Of a DNA stretch of 64,000 nt, positions 38,051 through 49,505 are shown piece by piece. The stretch is from Raja brachyura. Taxonomy: Eukaryota. The notes under the pieces are model-generated. The model searched no databases. It saw nothing but the letters and a program-made list of their open reading frames with translations, and had not been told where the DNA came from. The stretch covers positions 50,096,001 to 50,160,000 of the forward strand of contig OY740796.1 of NCBI GenBank assembly GCA_963514005.1, read 5' to 3'. Every line of letters begins with the position of its first letter. Positions within the stretch are counted from its first letter, which is position 1. A program made the position numbers and the translations under genes.

Positions 38051-38780
38051 GCTCCGCGTGCGCGTGTATGTGTGAGCGCGTTCCAGCGCCTCCCTCCCAC
38101 CAACTGTCTCTCCCGCGCGCGCCTCCCGCCCACCAACCGCTTCTCACTCGCGCACTCCAGCGCCTCCCTCCGACCAACCGCCTCTCTCTCTCACACGCAC
38201 ACGCGCGCGCAAACGACCCACAGCAATCGTTGATTGACAGAGCGGACAGCCAGTTGCACGCCAGGAAATCCGCCCGCGTTTCCCAGACGACGGCCAATCG
38301 CTGCCTTCGGTGGGCGGAGTTCGGGTTGGCGGCTGGCCTCGTTAGCGCGGTGCCGGCTGGAACTTGTAGTGCACACTTTGGTGACGCTTCCTTGTTCCGA
38401 GCGGAAGCGCCCGCGTTAGCTGAACTACTAGTTCCAGTGTGCAGCGCGGCTACCATGCCTCATACCCTCCCTCCCCTGGCTTCACGGTTCTGACGGCGGC
38501 GGTAAGTCTGTCATTTTAATGTGTCTGCTTCTCTGGGTAGATGGGGAAGGTGCACTTAAGGGAGTGGAAGTCTTTAAAATCTCTTTGTATCGTTTAGCGC
38601 CCAGAATCTTGTTAATTATGAGGGCAGTGAACGTTTATTTAGGAAATGTCACTAATGGGCAACGTGTGCAATAGGCAGGAAGGTTTGGGGACCGATGCGT
38701 GGATCGTCCTGCCGCTCGGCACCTGCTTATCCTTGGCAAATATAGCAAAGCAGTAGCAATGCAAACGATGAGGAAGCTTG
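37650..38780. promoter_or_regulatory. CpG island / bidirectional promoter
   Basis: High CpG density in unique sequence. Contains a CCAAT box (38294), GC boxes (38270, 38312), ETS sites TTCCG/CGGAAG (38395-38407) and two divergent ZNF143/THAP11-like motifs (38346-38370 minus; 38424-38448 plus). Splice donors point outward on both sides. Confidence 0.85.
38440..38501 (+). other. Non-coding first exon of a divergently transcribed gene (FHIT candidate by synteny); 5' boundary approximate
   Basis: Strong donor GCG|GTAAGT at 38501/38502, just downstream of the promoter motifs. The only ATG (38455, ACCATG) opens a 12-codon ORF that stops before the donor. FHIT lies head-to-head with PTPRG in mammals and has non-coding 5' exons. 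Confidence 0.5.
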
Positions 38781-39454
38781 CACTGTTTTATGGCAGTCAG
38801 TATTATATGGCCCGGGCCTTAAGGCGCTCTCAGCCAGGCTGGCTGGACCTTCACGCTATGACCTAAGAAACAACTGTCCCATCTTTTAGGTTCATATTTT
38901 TTAAAGTACTATACCAATGAAATTGTAACTTCACCTCTCCAAAACAAAGTTCGGTTGGATTACAGGCGTGTCGTCCTTTGCGATTTGATGATTACTGCTA
39001 ACATTTAACACGTCCATACCAATAGCGGAATAATCGCATTGAAATTACAGCTCGCTGTGTTTCATGATATACGTCTACACACCTGGGCATTTGAAGTGTA
39101 CTTGCAACGGCCATGTAACAGAATGTAAAGACTAAAGATGAAAGTTTTTTTCGTGATAACCCAGCCACAATATAATTTTCATTTATGTATTAAAGATGGT
39201 GTAAAACGATAGGAACGTTTCATTGTAACATTTGAAGCACTCAGATTCGGGGAGATGCTGCATCGCGCAAATGTTAATCATAGAAGATTTATTTTCTTCT
39301 GTAATGGCAAGTTTTTAATCCCCATTAAACGTCCACAGTGACAGAATTGAATAGCATGTTTACAACTTTGTTTTGCTATTTTATTGTCAAGTCGTCAACA
39401 TAACGTCTTGAAGATTTTAACGTTGCTGAAATAAGATACATCATATTTTGTTTT

Positions 39455-39665
39455 AAAGAAGAAAATTCAGGAAACGCTCATAAGAACAGGCAACATCTGT
39501 GAAAAGATAAACAAGATTATGTTTCAGGAACCTTCAACGAGATGGGTTAAAGTTCTGACGAACGGTCTTCTGCCAGAAACATAAATGCTGCTTCTCTTCC
39601 ACAGCTGTTGCCTGCCCGAAGTGATTCCCGCATTTTCTGTGTTTATTTCAGATTTCCAGGAAAGA
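39455..39665. mobile_element. Old, divergent hairpin element with CTGACGA...GAAAC core
   Basis: Arms CAGGCAACATCTGTG / CACAGCTGTTGCCTG, with the core at about 39555-39582. Confidence 0.55.
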
Positions 39666-40119
39666 CAGATTGTATATTTATTCTCAACATAGATTCTTCA
39701 TCTGTTCTGAGGAAATGTAAACTTTCTCTCTTTGGTAAAGTAAAAACTGATGAAGGTAGAAACGTGGACATTGTCCAGTAGGAGATTGTAGTTTCAAGTT
39801 ATTTCTGGTGAATAAGATGCAGTTTAGCATTTGTGTGAAGATCTATCATGAATCTGATTTTAATTAGTAATAGATGCAAAGGTAATTTTGCGGCTAATGC
39901 AACTGAAAATGGGAAATATTATGGATATATCAAATATTGAAATATGAGCGGGGGAAAAAAAATATTTGTTTCACCCAACTTTGTTAGGATTTCATGTCTG
40001 AAATTCAAAATGGCCTATTTGTGATGAAACATTTTCAGCATTTATGGGCTGAATTTCTTGGTTCCTTGTGATGCTTTCTGAGGTAGTGCTTTTGTGGCCC
40101 AGGTTACCCTCCGACGATT

Positions 40120-40350
40120 GCCCAGTGGAGCTGTTGCCTCGTAGTGCCAGAGACCACAGATTGATCCTGACCTCAGGGATGCTGTCTGAGTGGAGCTCCC
40201 ACATCCCAAGGACGTGCAAGTTTGTAGTTTAATTGACATCTATAAATGTCCCCTCCATGTGTGAGGAGTGGATGAGAAAGTGGGATTACATAGAACTCGT
40301 GTAAATGGGTAATCAATAGTTGGCATGGACTTGGTAGGCCGAAAGGATCA
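40120..40350 (+). mobile_element. HE1-type SINE
   Basis: tRNA-like head, TTTGTAGTTTAATTG core and GGCCGAAAGG tail. Confidence 0.7.
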
Positions 40351-40756
40351 TGGAAACAGCTGCAAAAGTAAGTGTTCCTGCTTTCCCTTATCGCATCCTG
40401 CCCTCCCACATTCCCTTACCTCCTCGGTATTCACAGTCCAAATTAGACATATAGTTGCAGTTCTTGATAACCTTTTGGGTAAAGGTGGTGACTTGCATGC
40501 TAATGGGTTTTTTTTAATGTATACATTATCTGACACAAGGCATTTTAATATTATTGTGAACTTATAATTTAAATTGTACTTGACATTATGAATTTAGTAA
40601 ATTAAATAGCAGAAAAAGGTATGTGGGCATCGCTATGACAAATACAAATGCATTCATATTATCACTGCTCTATATTAATACTATTTACTGAAGTGATACG
40701 TTTATAATGAAAAGTACAATTTGAATGTGTAAAATAGAAGTAACATTGAGAGTTTA

Positions 40757-41031
40757 CTAGTATTTGCGATGGGATGTCGGGGAAATGGTAACATGGTAGA
40801 GCAGGAGAAAGCACCCCCTCCCCCCTCACCTCGCTCCAACCCCTCCCCTCACCTCGCCCCTCCACCTCCCTCACCTCACTCCCCCACCTCCATCACCTCA
40901 CCCCCCCCCCCACCTCCCTCACTTCACCCACCTCCCTCACCACCCCTCCTCCCGCGTTGGGAAACCAAAGCTCTTCTGCAAAGTCCATCAGTCACCTGTC
41001 TCCTAATCATCCGGACCAACATTCGATTGAT

Positions 41032-41069
<38 letters not shown>
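40757..41069 (-). mobile_element. Possible non-autonomous Helitron ending in (TA)n
   Basis: The minus strand starts in a TA run followed by TTAAAAAATC and ends ...CGCAAATACTAG|T. The purine-rich interior resembles 24940-25250. Confidence 0.45.
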
Positions 41070-41074
<5 letters not shown>

Positions 41075-41689
41075 GTGGTTACGAAGAGCGCAATAAAATC
41101 GTTTGCCTCCATCGAGTACCTGGAGGGCAACGGCTGTACAAATACCGCTGAACAGTCTCTAAATCCCGTGGCTAGAATAGGGAAGGTTTAACCAAGTATG
41201 AATTTCCACCAAAAAATAATGCATATCATTCTTTCGCTCGATTCTACCCCGTGTATGATAGGATATCAAACAAGGATATGCCTACATATAATACCATGCC
41301 TGCTCCCGAGAAGTCCCCACTGGTGAGATTTAAAATCTACCAGTGCTGTCATGATCACTGAGTAGCATGGCGATGTCTGTATACGGAGAACATCAAACAC
41401 AATGTTGCAAAAAATCATTCGCAGCTGCAGAGATCGCTGTTGAACGTCCTTGCACTTACATTTCACAAATTCTTCGCTGCCGCCTGTCTGTGCTGGTCCT
41501 CGCAATAGCTACAGGAGACTTAAAAAATATATTTTGTACTTGTGCATTGCAAACGAGAAAGCGGGCTCCAGCACCTTCGATCCGTAATGTTATAGACACA
41601 GTGAACAGCAGATGCTGGAATCTTGAGTAAACGCAAAGTGGGGTGGCATAGCTGGAGAAATGTGTGTGCACTAGGGTGGGGGTCGGTGG

Positions 41690-42412
41690 CTGCCACTGGT
41701 TCCTTGACCTTCTGACCCACACACCATATTCAGTGAGGATAGGTGACAACACCTCACTCTAAAGGGATTGTGTGCTCAGTCCGCTACTAAACTGCATGAA
41801 CACTCGCAACCAAAGATCATAGAGCGCTCCGCTCTATGATCTTTGCTCGCAAAGTGATTGATAAACAATTTAAACTCTATCTCCATCTACAAGTTTGCTG
41901 ATGACATCATTGTTGTAGGCCCGATCATGAGGCTGGGTACAGGAAAGATAATGAGAACTTAGTAACATGGTGTGAGGGCAGCAACCTCTCCCTCAATGTG
42001 ACGAAGGAGCTAGTTAGCGATTTTAGGAAGCACGATGGAGTGCATGCCCCAAACGGCATGAATGGTGCTGACGTGGAAATAATTGAGCCCTTCAAGTTCC
42101 TTATTACCAACGATCAGTCGTGAACTAACCACATTGATGCGATGGCCAAGAAGGCACACCTACACCTCTACTTCCTCAGGAGACTGATGAAATTCAGTCT
42201 GAGGAGACTGAGGATATTGGACTTTGTCTATGCCATTGATGCGCTACAAGGTTGAGAACTGCACTCTGTATCCTCCGTTTTGCTCAACCTATTGCACTTG
42301 TGTTTGACATGATTCTATTTATGTATCGTATTATCTGACCTGATTGAATGGCATGTAAAACAAAGCTTTTCACTGTATGTCAGTACATGTGACAATAATA
42401 AACCTAAACCTA
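41690..42412 (+). mobile_element. Old Rex1 fragment
   Basis: QxCVLSPLL, KFADD and HLYFLRRL remnants; AATAAACCTAAACCTA tail. Confidence 0.75.
41811..41845. mobile_element. 35-bp TIR-only DNA transposon remnant (P or hAT type)
   Basis: CAAAGATCATAGAGCG-CTC-CGCTCTATGATCTTTG flanked by CTCGCAAC / CTCGCAAA. Confidence 0.7.
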
Positions 42413-42491
42413 TTGAGTTGTGAGGGCTGCTTACAACTTGATTGGTGAATCTGTTGAAGTCTGCTCTAATGTGGGAAGCATGCATATGTAA

Positions 42492-43156
42492 AATAAATAA
42501 TAATAATAATAAATACTTTATTGATCCCCCTCAGGGAAATTCAGATGTCCAGAAGCCAACAACCAACAAACACACACATTCAGAACGAAAGCAGACAAAA
42601 AATACATAAAATACAATATGGACAATACCTGAAAGCAATAAATACTTAAAAAGACCCAATAATTAACTATTAAAAATGCAAAGCATCCCCATACAGCCTA
42701 GCGGTCAGTATTATAAAATCTAATGGCTGCAGGGGTGAAAGATCTCCTCAACTGCTCCATTCCACAGCGCAGGGAGAGGAGCCGGTTGTTGTTCCGTGTG
42801 CTCTTTTGTCCCTCCAGAATTTCATGGAGGGGGTACCCAGAGTTGTCGAGGATGACCTGCAGCTTGCTCCTCATTCGCCTCTCAAGCACATCCCCCACGG
42901 AGTCCACTCTCCCCCCCAGCACTGAGCTAGCTCGTTGTACCAGCTTGACCAACCTCTTGCTGTTTTTAGCACTGATGTTGTTGCCCCAGCATACAACAGC
43001 ATAAAAAATGACAGTTGCAACCAAAGTATAGTAAAATAGGTACAGCATGTCATTGCGCACATTGAAGGATCTGAAGGAAAAAGAGTCTGCTCTGTCCTTT
43101 TTTTTTAGAGGTGTTGACTGACCAGTCCAGTTTGTTATCAAGGTGCACTCCCAGAC
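42492..43156 (-). mobile_element. Rex1/Babar 3' fragment
   Basis: ORF FYAVVCWG...RRSFTPAAIRFYN; (TTA)n tail. Confidence 0.88.
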
Positions 43157-43559
43157 AAAGCCATACAGCCATTAAAAGTGATATAGAGCAGACCACTGGC
43201 ATGATGAAATATTTGAACTTCTTTGAAGGATTTGTGCAATCCTCGGTAAGTTTTGTTCCAACTATTGATTAGGATGAAAAGAAAGAGACATGTATGAAAG
43301 AGGAGTAAAAAGTAAGGTAGCTATCTAGATAGCCATTGTTTATCCCAACTATGTATAGTGTGCTCCACAGCCATAATTCCCTATCAAATGCGAAAAAGAC
43401 TGGCCCTCAAAACATGAATAATAGTGCTGAAAATGTGTATTTAAAATAATACCATATCACATGAAGCTTACATATTCACTCGTTGATGTTTCCTTAATAT
43501 TTTCAATTTGGTTTTGATCAGCTTTGAAGTTCTTTGTTGTACTCCAGTGACTGCAGAAT

Positions 43560-46500
43560 TCCAAGTTCACAAGTTATAGGAGTAGAATTAGGCCATTTGG
43601 CCCATCGGGCCCACCATTCAATCATGGCTGATTGCCTCCTAATCACATTTTCCTGCCTCTCCCCATAACCCTCGACACCCAATCTAATCAAGGATCCCTG
43701 CCTTAAAAATATTCACTGACGTGGCCTCCACACCCCTCTGTGGCAATGAGTTCCACAGATGAACAACCCTCGGAATAAAGAAGTTCCTCCTCACCTCCTT
43801 TCTGTAGAGCACTCTTTAATTCCGAGGCTATGACCTCTGGTTCTAGACTCTCCTACCAGTGCACACATCCTTTCTCCATCCACTCTATCAATTCCTTTCT
43901 TTATTTTGTAAGTTTCAATGAGGTCCCCCCTCAACCTTCTAAACTCTAGTGAGTTCAGGCCCATGCTGTCAAGTGCTCATATGTTAACCCACTCATTCCT
44001 GAAATCATTCTTGTAAACCTCCTGTGGACCGTCTCCAGAGCCAGCACATCCTTCCTCAATATGGGGCCCAAATTTGCTCACAATATTCCAAATGTGGCCA
44101 GCGCCTTATAGAGCCCCAACATTCCATCTCTGTTTTACTACTGATTCGACTTGCAAATTAACTTTTTGGGCGTCCTGCACCAGCACTCCCAAGTCCCTTT
44201 GCACCTCCGATTTCTAGATTCTCTCTCCATTCAGAAAATAATCTACGCCTTTATTCTTATTACCAAAATGCATGACTCTGCACTTTGTTATACTGAATTT
44301 CATCTGCCACTTTGTCCACTCTCGTAAGTCCTTCTGCAGAGTCCTTGCTTCCTCTACCCCGCCTACTCCTCCACCAGGCACGTGCCGTCAGGGTAGGCAA
44401 GGTAGGCACTGCCTACCCTGACTAAAATTATAACATAGTAATAACTAAATATAAATAATAAAGGCATGGGAGAATTATGCCTATGTAAGAGACCGATCTC
44501 TTAGGTAGGCATAATTCTCCGTGCCTTTCATCTGCAGCGTTTGTAACACGGGAAGGTCTGTGCAGCCCACGTGCCGTCAGCGCTGCCTGAAGGCGTCAGT
44601 TTCAATCGGGACTGAAGGCAGCAGAAATTCTGCCTTTGCAGCACTGCGCATGCGCATCAGTCTACTGCGCATGCGCGCCGCAAGGTTCTTGGCGGGGTTT
44701 TCAACTATGGTTTGTCGTGTACCAATAATGTGGTAAGTACATTTTGTGTTTATGTTTTTAAATACCATATTTCCCGGAGTGTGGGGGTTGGGGGGGGGGG
44801 GGGAAGCGCTCCTTTCACAGCGTTTGGGGTGTCTGGCCCGGGGTATAGTTGCGGGGAGGGCATGAATGTTATGAATGAGGGGTCGGGAGCATCCACTTGC
44901 GACGCTCCTTGCACAGAGGCTGGGGGGGGGGGAGAGAGAGAAGCAGCTCGGGTGGCTGAGTGGCCGCCGGGCCGGACAGCGGAACCAGCCGCCACCTTAG
45001 CTCCTTCTGCCGGTCCCCGCTCACCTCTGGCAGCTCTCCGTCTAAAAACCTCTCTCCTGCCGCTCGCAGGCCTCACTCATGTCCTTAAATTCCGACAGCG
45101 CGATTGAGGTTACTCGGCTGTGGGAATTTAAGGATTTGCAGGAAGCCGCTGACATGAGTCGGCGAACGGCAGGTGACAGGTGTTCCGACGGAGAGCACTG
45201 CCAAAGGTGAGCGGGCCGGCAGAAGGTGCTGAAGTGGCGGCCAGTTCTGCTGTAGGGTCCCAGTGGCCGCTCCCCGACCTGCTTCTATTCCCAGCTACAG
45301 TTCGTGGCTTCACGCCCGGAGAGCTGCGGTAGCGGTGAGTGAATGAGTTACTGGCAGTATCCCCGACACCCTCCTTCTCAACACTCGTGCCCTCCCCACA
45401 ACTTTACCCCTGGCACAGACTCTCCACACGCTGTGAAAGGAACTGTTCCCCCAATTGGTCTTGGACAAATTGAAATGTCACGGTCTTTATTTATTTATTT
45501 ACTTAACGGAGAGAACAATCTGCGCATGCGCGTTTTTTTTTTTAAGTGGACTGAGTGCCTACCCTGAGTAATTACTCACGGCACGTGCCTGTCCTCCACC
45601 TATCTTAGTATTCCTGTGCCTGATAGTAGATTGCATCCCAGCACCAATCCTCATGGTACACCACAATTCACAGATTTCTAATCAGAAAAACATCCTACCA
45701 CCTTCTGCTTCCCATAAACAAGCCAGTTTTGGATCCAATTGAGCATCCTTACTTTGACTCCTAGTGTCTTAACATTCTGGACCTGCCTTCCAAATGCAGG
45801 GGTGGGGGGGGGGGGGGGGTGGGGGGGTCAACTATTTAATTAAAATCTAAATAGACAACAATTTCTGCCCTGTCTTCATCACTCTCTTTTGTTACATCTT
45901 CTAAAACTCAGGCAAATTAGTAGGACAGGGTTTTCCCCTGCACAAAGCTCTGGTGACTAACCCTAATATGTTCCTGCCTATTTTAATGCACATAAATCGT
46001 ATCTCTTGGAATTTTCTCCAGTAATTCACCTAGCATTGACTCAAGACTCATGGTCCGTAGTTATCCAGCCTCTTCTTGCTTCCCTTTTCATCTGTGGCTA
46101 ACAATGAAGGGAAAAAAATCTTCCCTTGTTTCCAACAGCATCCTTGGTAGATATCATCGTTCCTTGGTGGTTTATCTATCCCTGTGTGTTCCAAAACACT
46201 TAACACCTCTGCCTTCTTAATACTTGCTCTAGACCATTAACATATCGCTTCCTGCACTCACTCATCCTCCATGTCCTTCTCATTGATGAATACCAGCTAG
46301 AAGTATTCAGTTAGGACCTCTCCCACATTCTCTGGTGCCACAGGGACTCGCATTTTACTCCTAGTTACCCTTTTGCTCCTAATATACTTAGAACAGCTTG
46401 TGATTCTACTTAATCATACTTGCCAAAGATATTTAATGACCCCTCTTTTTGTCCACCTAATTTTCACAAGTACTTCTCCATGCACTGTCAAGTTCTTGCT

Positions 46501-46592
46501 TGATTGGTGTTGCTTATACCTGTTATGTGCTTCCTATTTTTCATGATTAGACCTTCAGTAACACCTTTGTCATCCAGGGTTCCCTCATCTTG
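43560..46592 (-). mobile_element. Old CR1 LINE(s) hosting hAT and CR1 insertions; a remnant continues at about 49990-50170
   Basis: CR1 tail at 43560-43700 and degenerate RT-region sequence on either side of 44375-45591. Confidence 0.75.
44375..45591. mobile_element. Non-autonomous hAT element with a large internal inverted repeat
   Basis: TIRs CAGGCACGTGCCGT / ACGGCACGTGCCTG and a perfect 8-bp TSD TCCTCCAC (44367-44374, 45592-45599). Confidence 0.92.
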
Positions 46593-49505
46593 TGAACTGG
46601 CCTCAACTACCTTCTGTGGCAGAGAATTCCAGAGACTCACCACTCTCTGTGTAAAGAATGTTTTCCTCATTTCGGTCCTAAAGGAATTCCCCCTTATCCT
46701 TAGACTGTGACCCCTTGTTCTGGACTCCCCCAACATCGGGAACAATCTTCCAGCATCTAGCTTGTCCAACCCCTTAAGAATTTTGTAAGTTTCTATAAGA
46801 TCCCCCCTCAATCTTCTAAATTCCAGCGAGTACAAGCCGAGTCTATCCAATCTTTCCTCATATGAAAGTCCTGACATCCCAGGAATCAGTCTGGTGAATC
46901 TTCTCTGTACCCCCTCTATGGCAAGGATGTCTTTCCTCAGATTTGGAGACCAAAACTGTACGCAATACTCCAGGTGTGGCCTCACCAAAACCCTGTACAA
47001 CTGCAGTAGAACCTCCCTGCTCCTATACTCAAATCCTTTCGCTATGAATGCTAACATACCATTTGCTTTCTTCACTGCCTGCTGCACCTGCATGCCTACT
47101 TTCAATGACTGGTGTACCATGACACCCAGGTCTCGTTGCATCTCCCCCTTTCCTAATCTGCCACCATTCAGATAATAGTCTACCCTCATGTTTTTGCCAC
47201 CAAAGTGGATAACCTCACATTTATCCACATTATACTGCATCTGCCATGCATCTGCCCATTCACTCAGCCTATCCAAATCACCCTGCAGCCTCCAAGCATC
47301 CTCCTCACACCTAACTATACCCCCCAGCTTGGTATCATCTGCAAATTTGGAGATGTTGCATTGAATTCCCTCGTCCAAATCATTAATATATATTGTAAAT
47401 AGCTGGGGTCCCAGCACTGAGCCTTGCGGCACCCCACTAGTCACTGCCTGCCATTCTGAAAAGGACCCGTTTACTCCTACCCTTTGCCTCCTGTCTGCTA
47501 GCCAGTTCTCTATCCACATCAATACTGAACCCCCAATACCGTGTGCTTTAAGTTTGTATGCTAATCTCTTATGCGGGACCTTGTCGAAAGCCTTCTGAAA
47601 GTCTAGATATAACACATCCACTGGTTCTCCCTTATCCACTCTACTAGTTACATCCTCGAGAAATTCTATCAGATTTGTCAGACATGATTTACCTTTCGTA
47701 AGTCCATGCTGACTTTGTCCAATGATTTCACCACTTTCCAAATGCGCTGCTATCCCATCTTTAATAACTGACTCTAGCAGTTTCCCCACTACCGATGTTA
47801 GACTAACTGGTCTGTAATTCCCCGCTTTCTCTCTCCCTCCTTTTTTAAAAAGTGGGGTTACATTAGCTACCCTCCAATCCTCAGGAACTACTCCAGAATC
47901 TAAGGAATTTTGAAAAATTATCACTAATGCATCCACTATTTCTGTGGCTACCTCCTTGAGTACTCTGGGATGCAGACTATCTGGCCCTGGGGATTTATCG
48001 GCCTTCAATCCGTTCAATTTACCCAACACCACCTGATGGCTAACCTGGATTTCACTCAGTTCCTCCATCTTATTTGACCCCCGTTCCACTGCTATTTCCG
48101 GTAGATTATTTATGTCTTCCTTAGTGAAGACAGAGCCAAAGTAGTTATTCAATTGGTCTGCCATGTCCTTGTTCCTCATGATCAATTCACCTGTTTCTGA
48201 CTGCAAGGGACCAACATTTGTTTTAACTAGTCTCTTTCTCTTCACATATCTATAAAAACTTTTGCAGTCAGTTTTTATGTTCCCTGCCAGTTTCCTTTCA
48301 TAATCTATTTTCCCTTTCCTAATTAAGCCCTTTGTCCTCCTCTGCTGGATTCTGAATTTCTCCCAGTCCTCCGGTAGGCTGCTTTTTCTGGCAAATTTGT
48401 ATGCCTCATCTTTTGTTTTTATACTATCCCTGATTTCCCTTGTTATCCATGGATGCACCACCTTCCCCGATTTATTCTTTTGCCAAACTGGTATGAACAA
48501 CTTTTGTACTTCATCCATGCAGTCTTTAAATACCTTCCATTGCACATCCACTGTCAACCCTTTAAGAATCACCTGCCAGTCTATCTTGGCCAATTCACAT
48601 CTCATACCTTCAAAGTTACCTTTGTTCACGTTCAGAACCCTTGTTTCTGACTTAATTTTGTCACTCTCCATCCTAATGAAGAACTCAACCATATTATGGT
48701 CACTCTTGCCCAAGGGGCCACACACAACAAGACTGCTAACTAACCCTGCCTCATTACTCAATACCCAGTCTAGAATAGCCTGCTCTCTCGTTGGTTCCTC
48801 CACATGTTGGTTGAGAAAACTATCCCGCATACATTCCAGGAAATCCTCTTCCTCAGCACCCCTGCCAATTTGATTCACCCAATCTACATGCAGATTGAAG
48901 TCACCCATTATAACCGTGTTACCCTTGTTGCACGCATTTCTAATTTCCTGTTTGATGCCATCCCCAACTCCAATACTACTGTTAGGTGGCCTGTACACAG
49001 CTCCCACTAGCGTTTTCTGCCCCTTAGAGTTTCGCAGCTCTACCCATATCGATTCCACATCCTCCACGCTAATGTCCTTCCTTTCTATTGCATTAATCTC
49101 CTCTCTCACCAGCAACGCTACCCCACCTCCTTTTCCTTTTCGTCTATCCCTCCTGAATATTGAATATCCCTGGATGTTCAGCTCCCAGCCTTGGTCACCC
49201 TGGAGCCGTGTCTCCGTGATCCCAACTATAGCATAGTCATTAATCGCTATCTGCACCTTCAACTCATCCACCTTATTACGAATGCTCCTCGCATTGAGAC
49301 ACAAAGCCTTCAGGCTTGTTTTTACAACACTCTTACTCCTTATACAATTATGTTGACAAGTGGCCCCTTTCACATCGATCCCTATTACACTTGGCCATCC
49401 TCTCCTATCCCTTTGTGCGCTTTCTTTCCCGTTAATTCTGGGGTCATTAACCATCCCTTTACTCTCTTTCCCTTTAACTCCGTCCTCGACTATCCCATTT
49501 GACAC
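46488..49505 (-). CDS. CR1 ORF2: APE endonuclease plus reverse transcriptase; the last ~35 codons read through into flanking DNA
   Basis: Motifs LNARSIRNK, GITET, YRPP, MGDFN, SDHN, NYRPVSLTS, DFQKAFDKVPH, GVPQGSVLGP and KFADD with no stops over 1005 codons. Confidence 0.95.
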   Translation of the reverse strand: MSNGIVEDGVKGKESKGMVNDPRINGKESAQRDRRGWPSVIGIDVKGATCQHNCIRSKSVVKTSLKALCLNARSIRNKVDELKVQIAINDYAIVGITETRLQGDQGWELNIQGYSIFRRDRRKGKGGGVALLVREEINAIERKDISVEDVESIWVELRNSKGQKTLVGAVYRPPNSSIGVGDGIKQEIRNACNKGNTVIMGDFNLHVDWVNQIGRGAEEEDFLECMRDSFLNQHVEEPTREQAILDWVLSNEAGLVSSLVVCGPLGKSDHNMVEFFIRMESDKIKSETRVLNVNKGNFEGMRCELAKIDWQVILKGLTVDVQWKVFKDCMDEVQKLFIPVWQKNKSGKVVHPWITREIRDSIKTKDEAYKFARKSSLPEDWEKFRIQQRRTKGLIRKGKIDYERKLAGNIKTDCKSFYRYVKRKRLVKTNVGPLQSETGELIMRNKDMADQLNNYFGSVFTKEDINNLPEIAVERGSNKMEELSEIQVSHQVVLGKLNGLKADKSPGPDSLHPRVLKEVATEIVDALVIIFQNSLDSGVVPEDWRVANVTPLFKKGGREKAGNYRPVSLTSVVGKLLESVIKDGIAAHLESGEIIGQSQHGLTKGKSCLTNLIEFLEDVTSRVDKGEPVDVLYLDFQKAFDKVPHKRLAYKLKAHGIGGSVLMWIENWLADRRQRVGVNGSFSEWQAVTSGVPQGSVLGPQLFTIYINDLDEGIQCNISKFADDTKLGGIVRCEEDAWRLQGDLDRLSEWADAWQMQYNVDKCEVIHFGGKNMRVDYYLNGGRLGKGEMQRDLGVMVHQSLKVGMQVQQAVKKANGMLAFIAKGFEYRSREVLLQLYRVLVRPHLEYCVQFWSPNLRKDILAIEGVQRRFTRLIPGMSGLSYEERLDRLGLYSLEFRRLRGDLIETYKILKGLDKLDAGRLFPMLGESRTRGHSLRIRGNSFRTEMRKTFFTQRVVSLWNSLPQKVVEASSQDEGTLDDKGVTEGLIMKNRKHITGISNTNQART

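Noticed and set aside
37842-38493. ORFs of 204 and 209 aa across the CpG island
   Set aside because: They start at non-ATG codons and reflect GC-rich, stop-poor sequence. Only the ATG-initiated sub-ORFs are kept, as uORFs.
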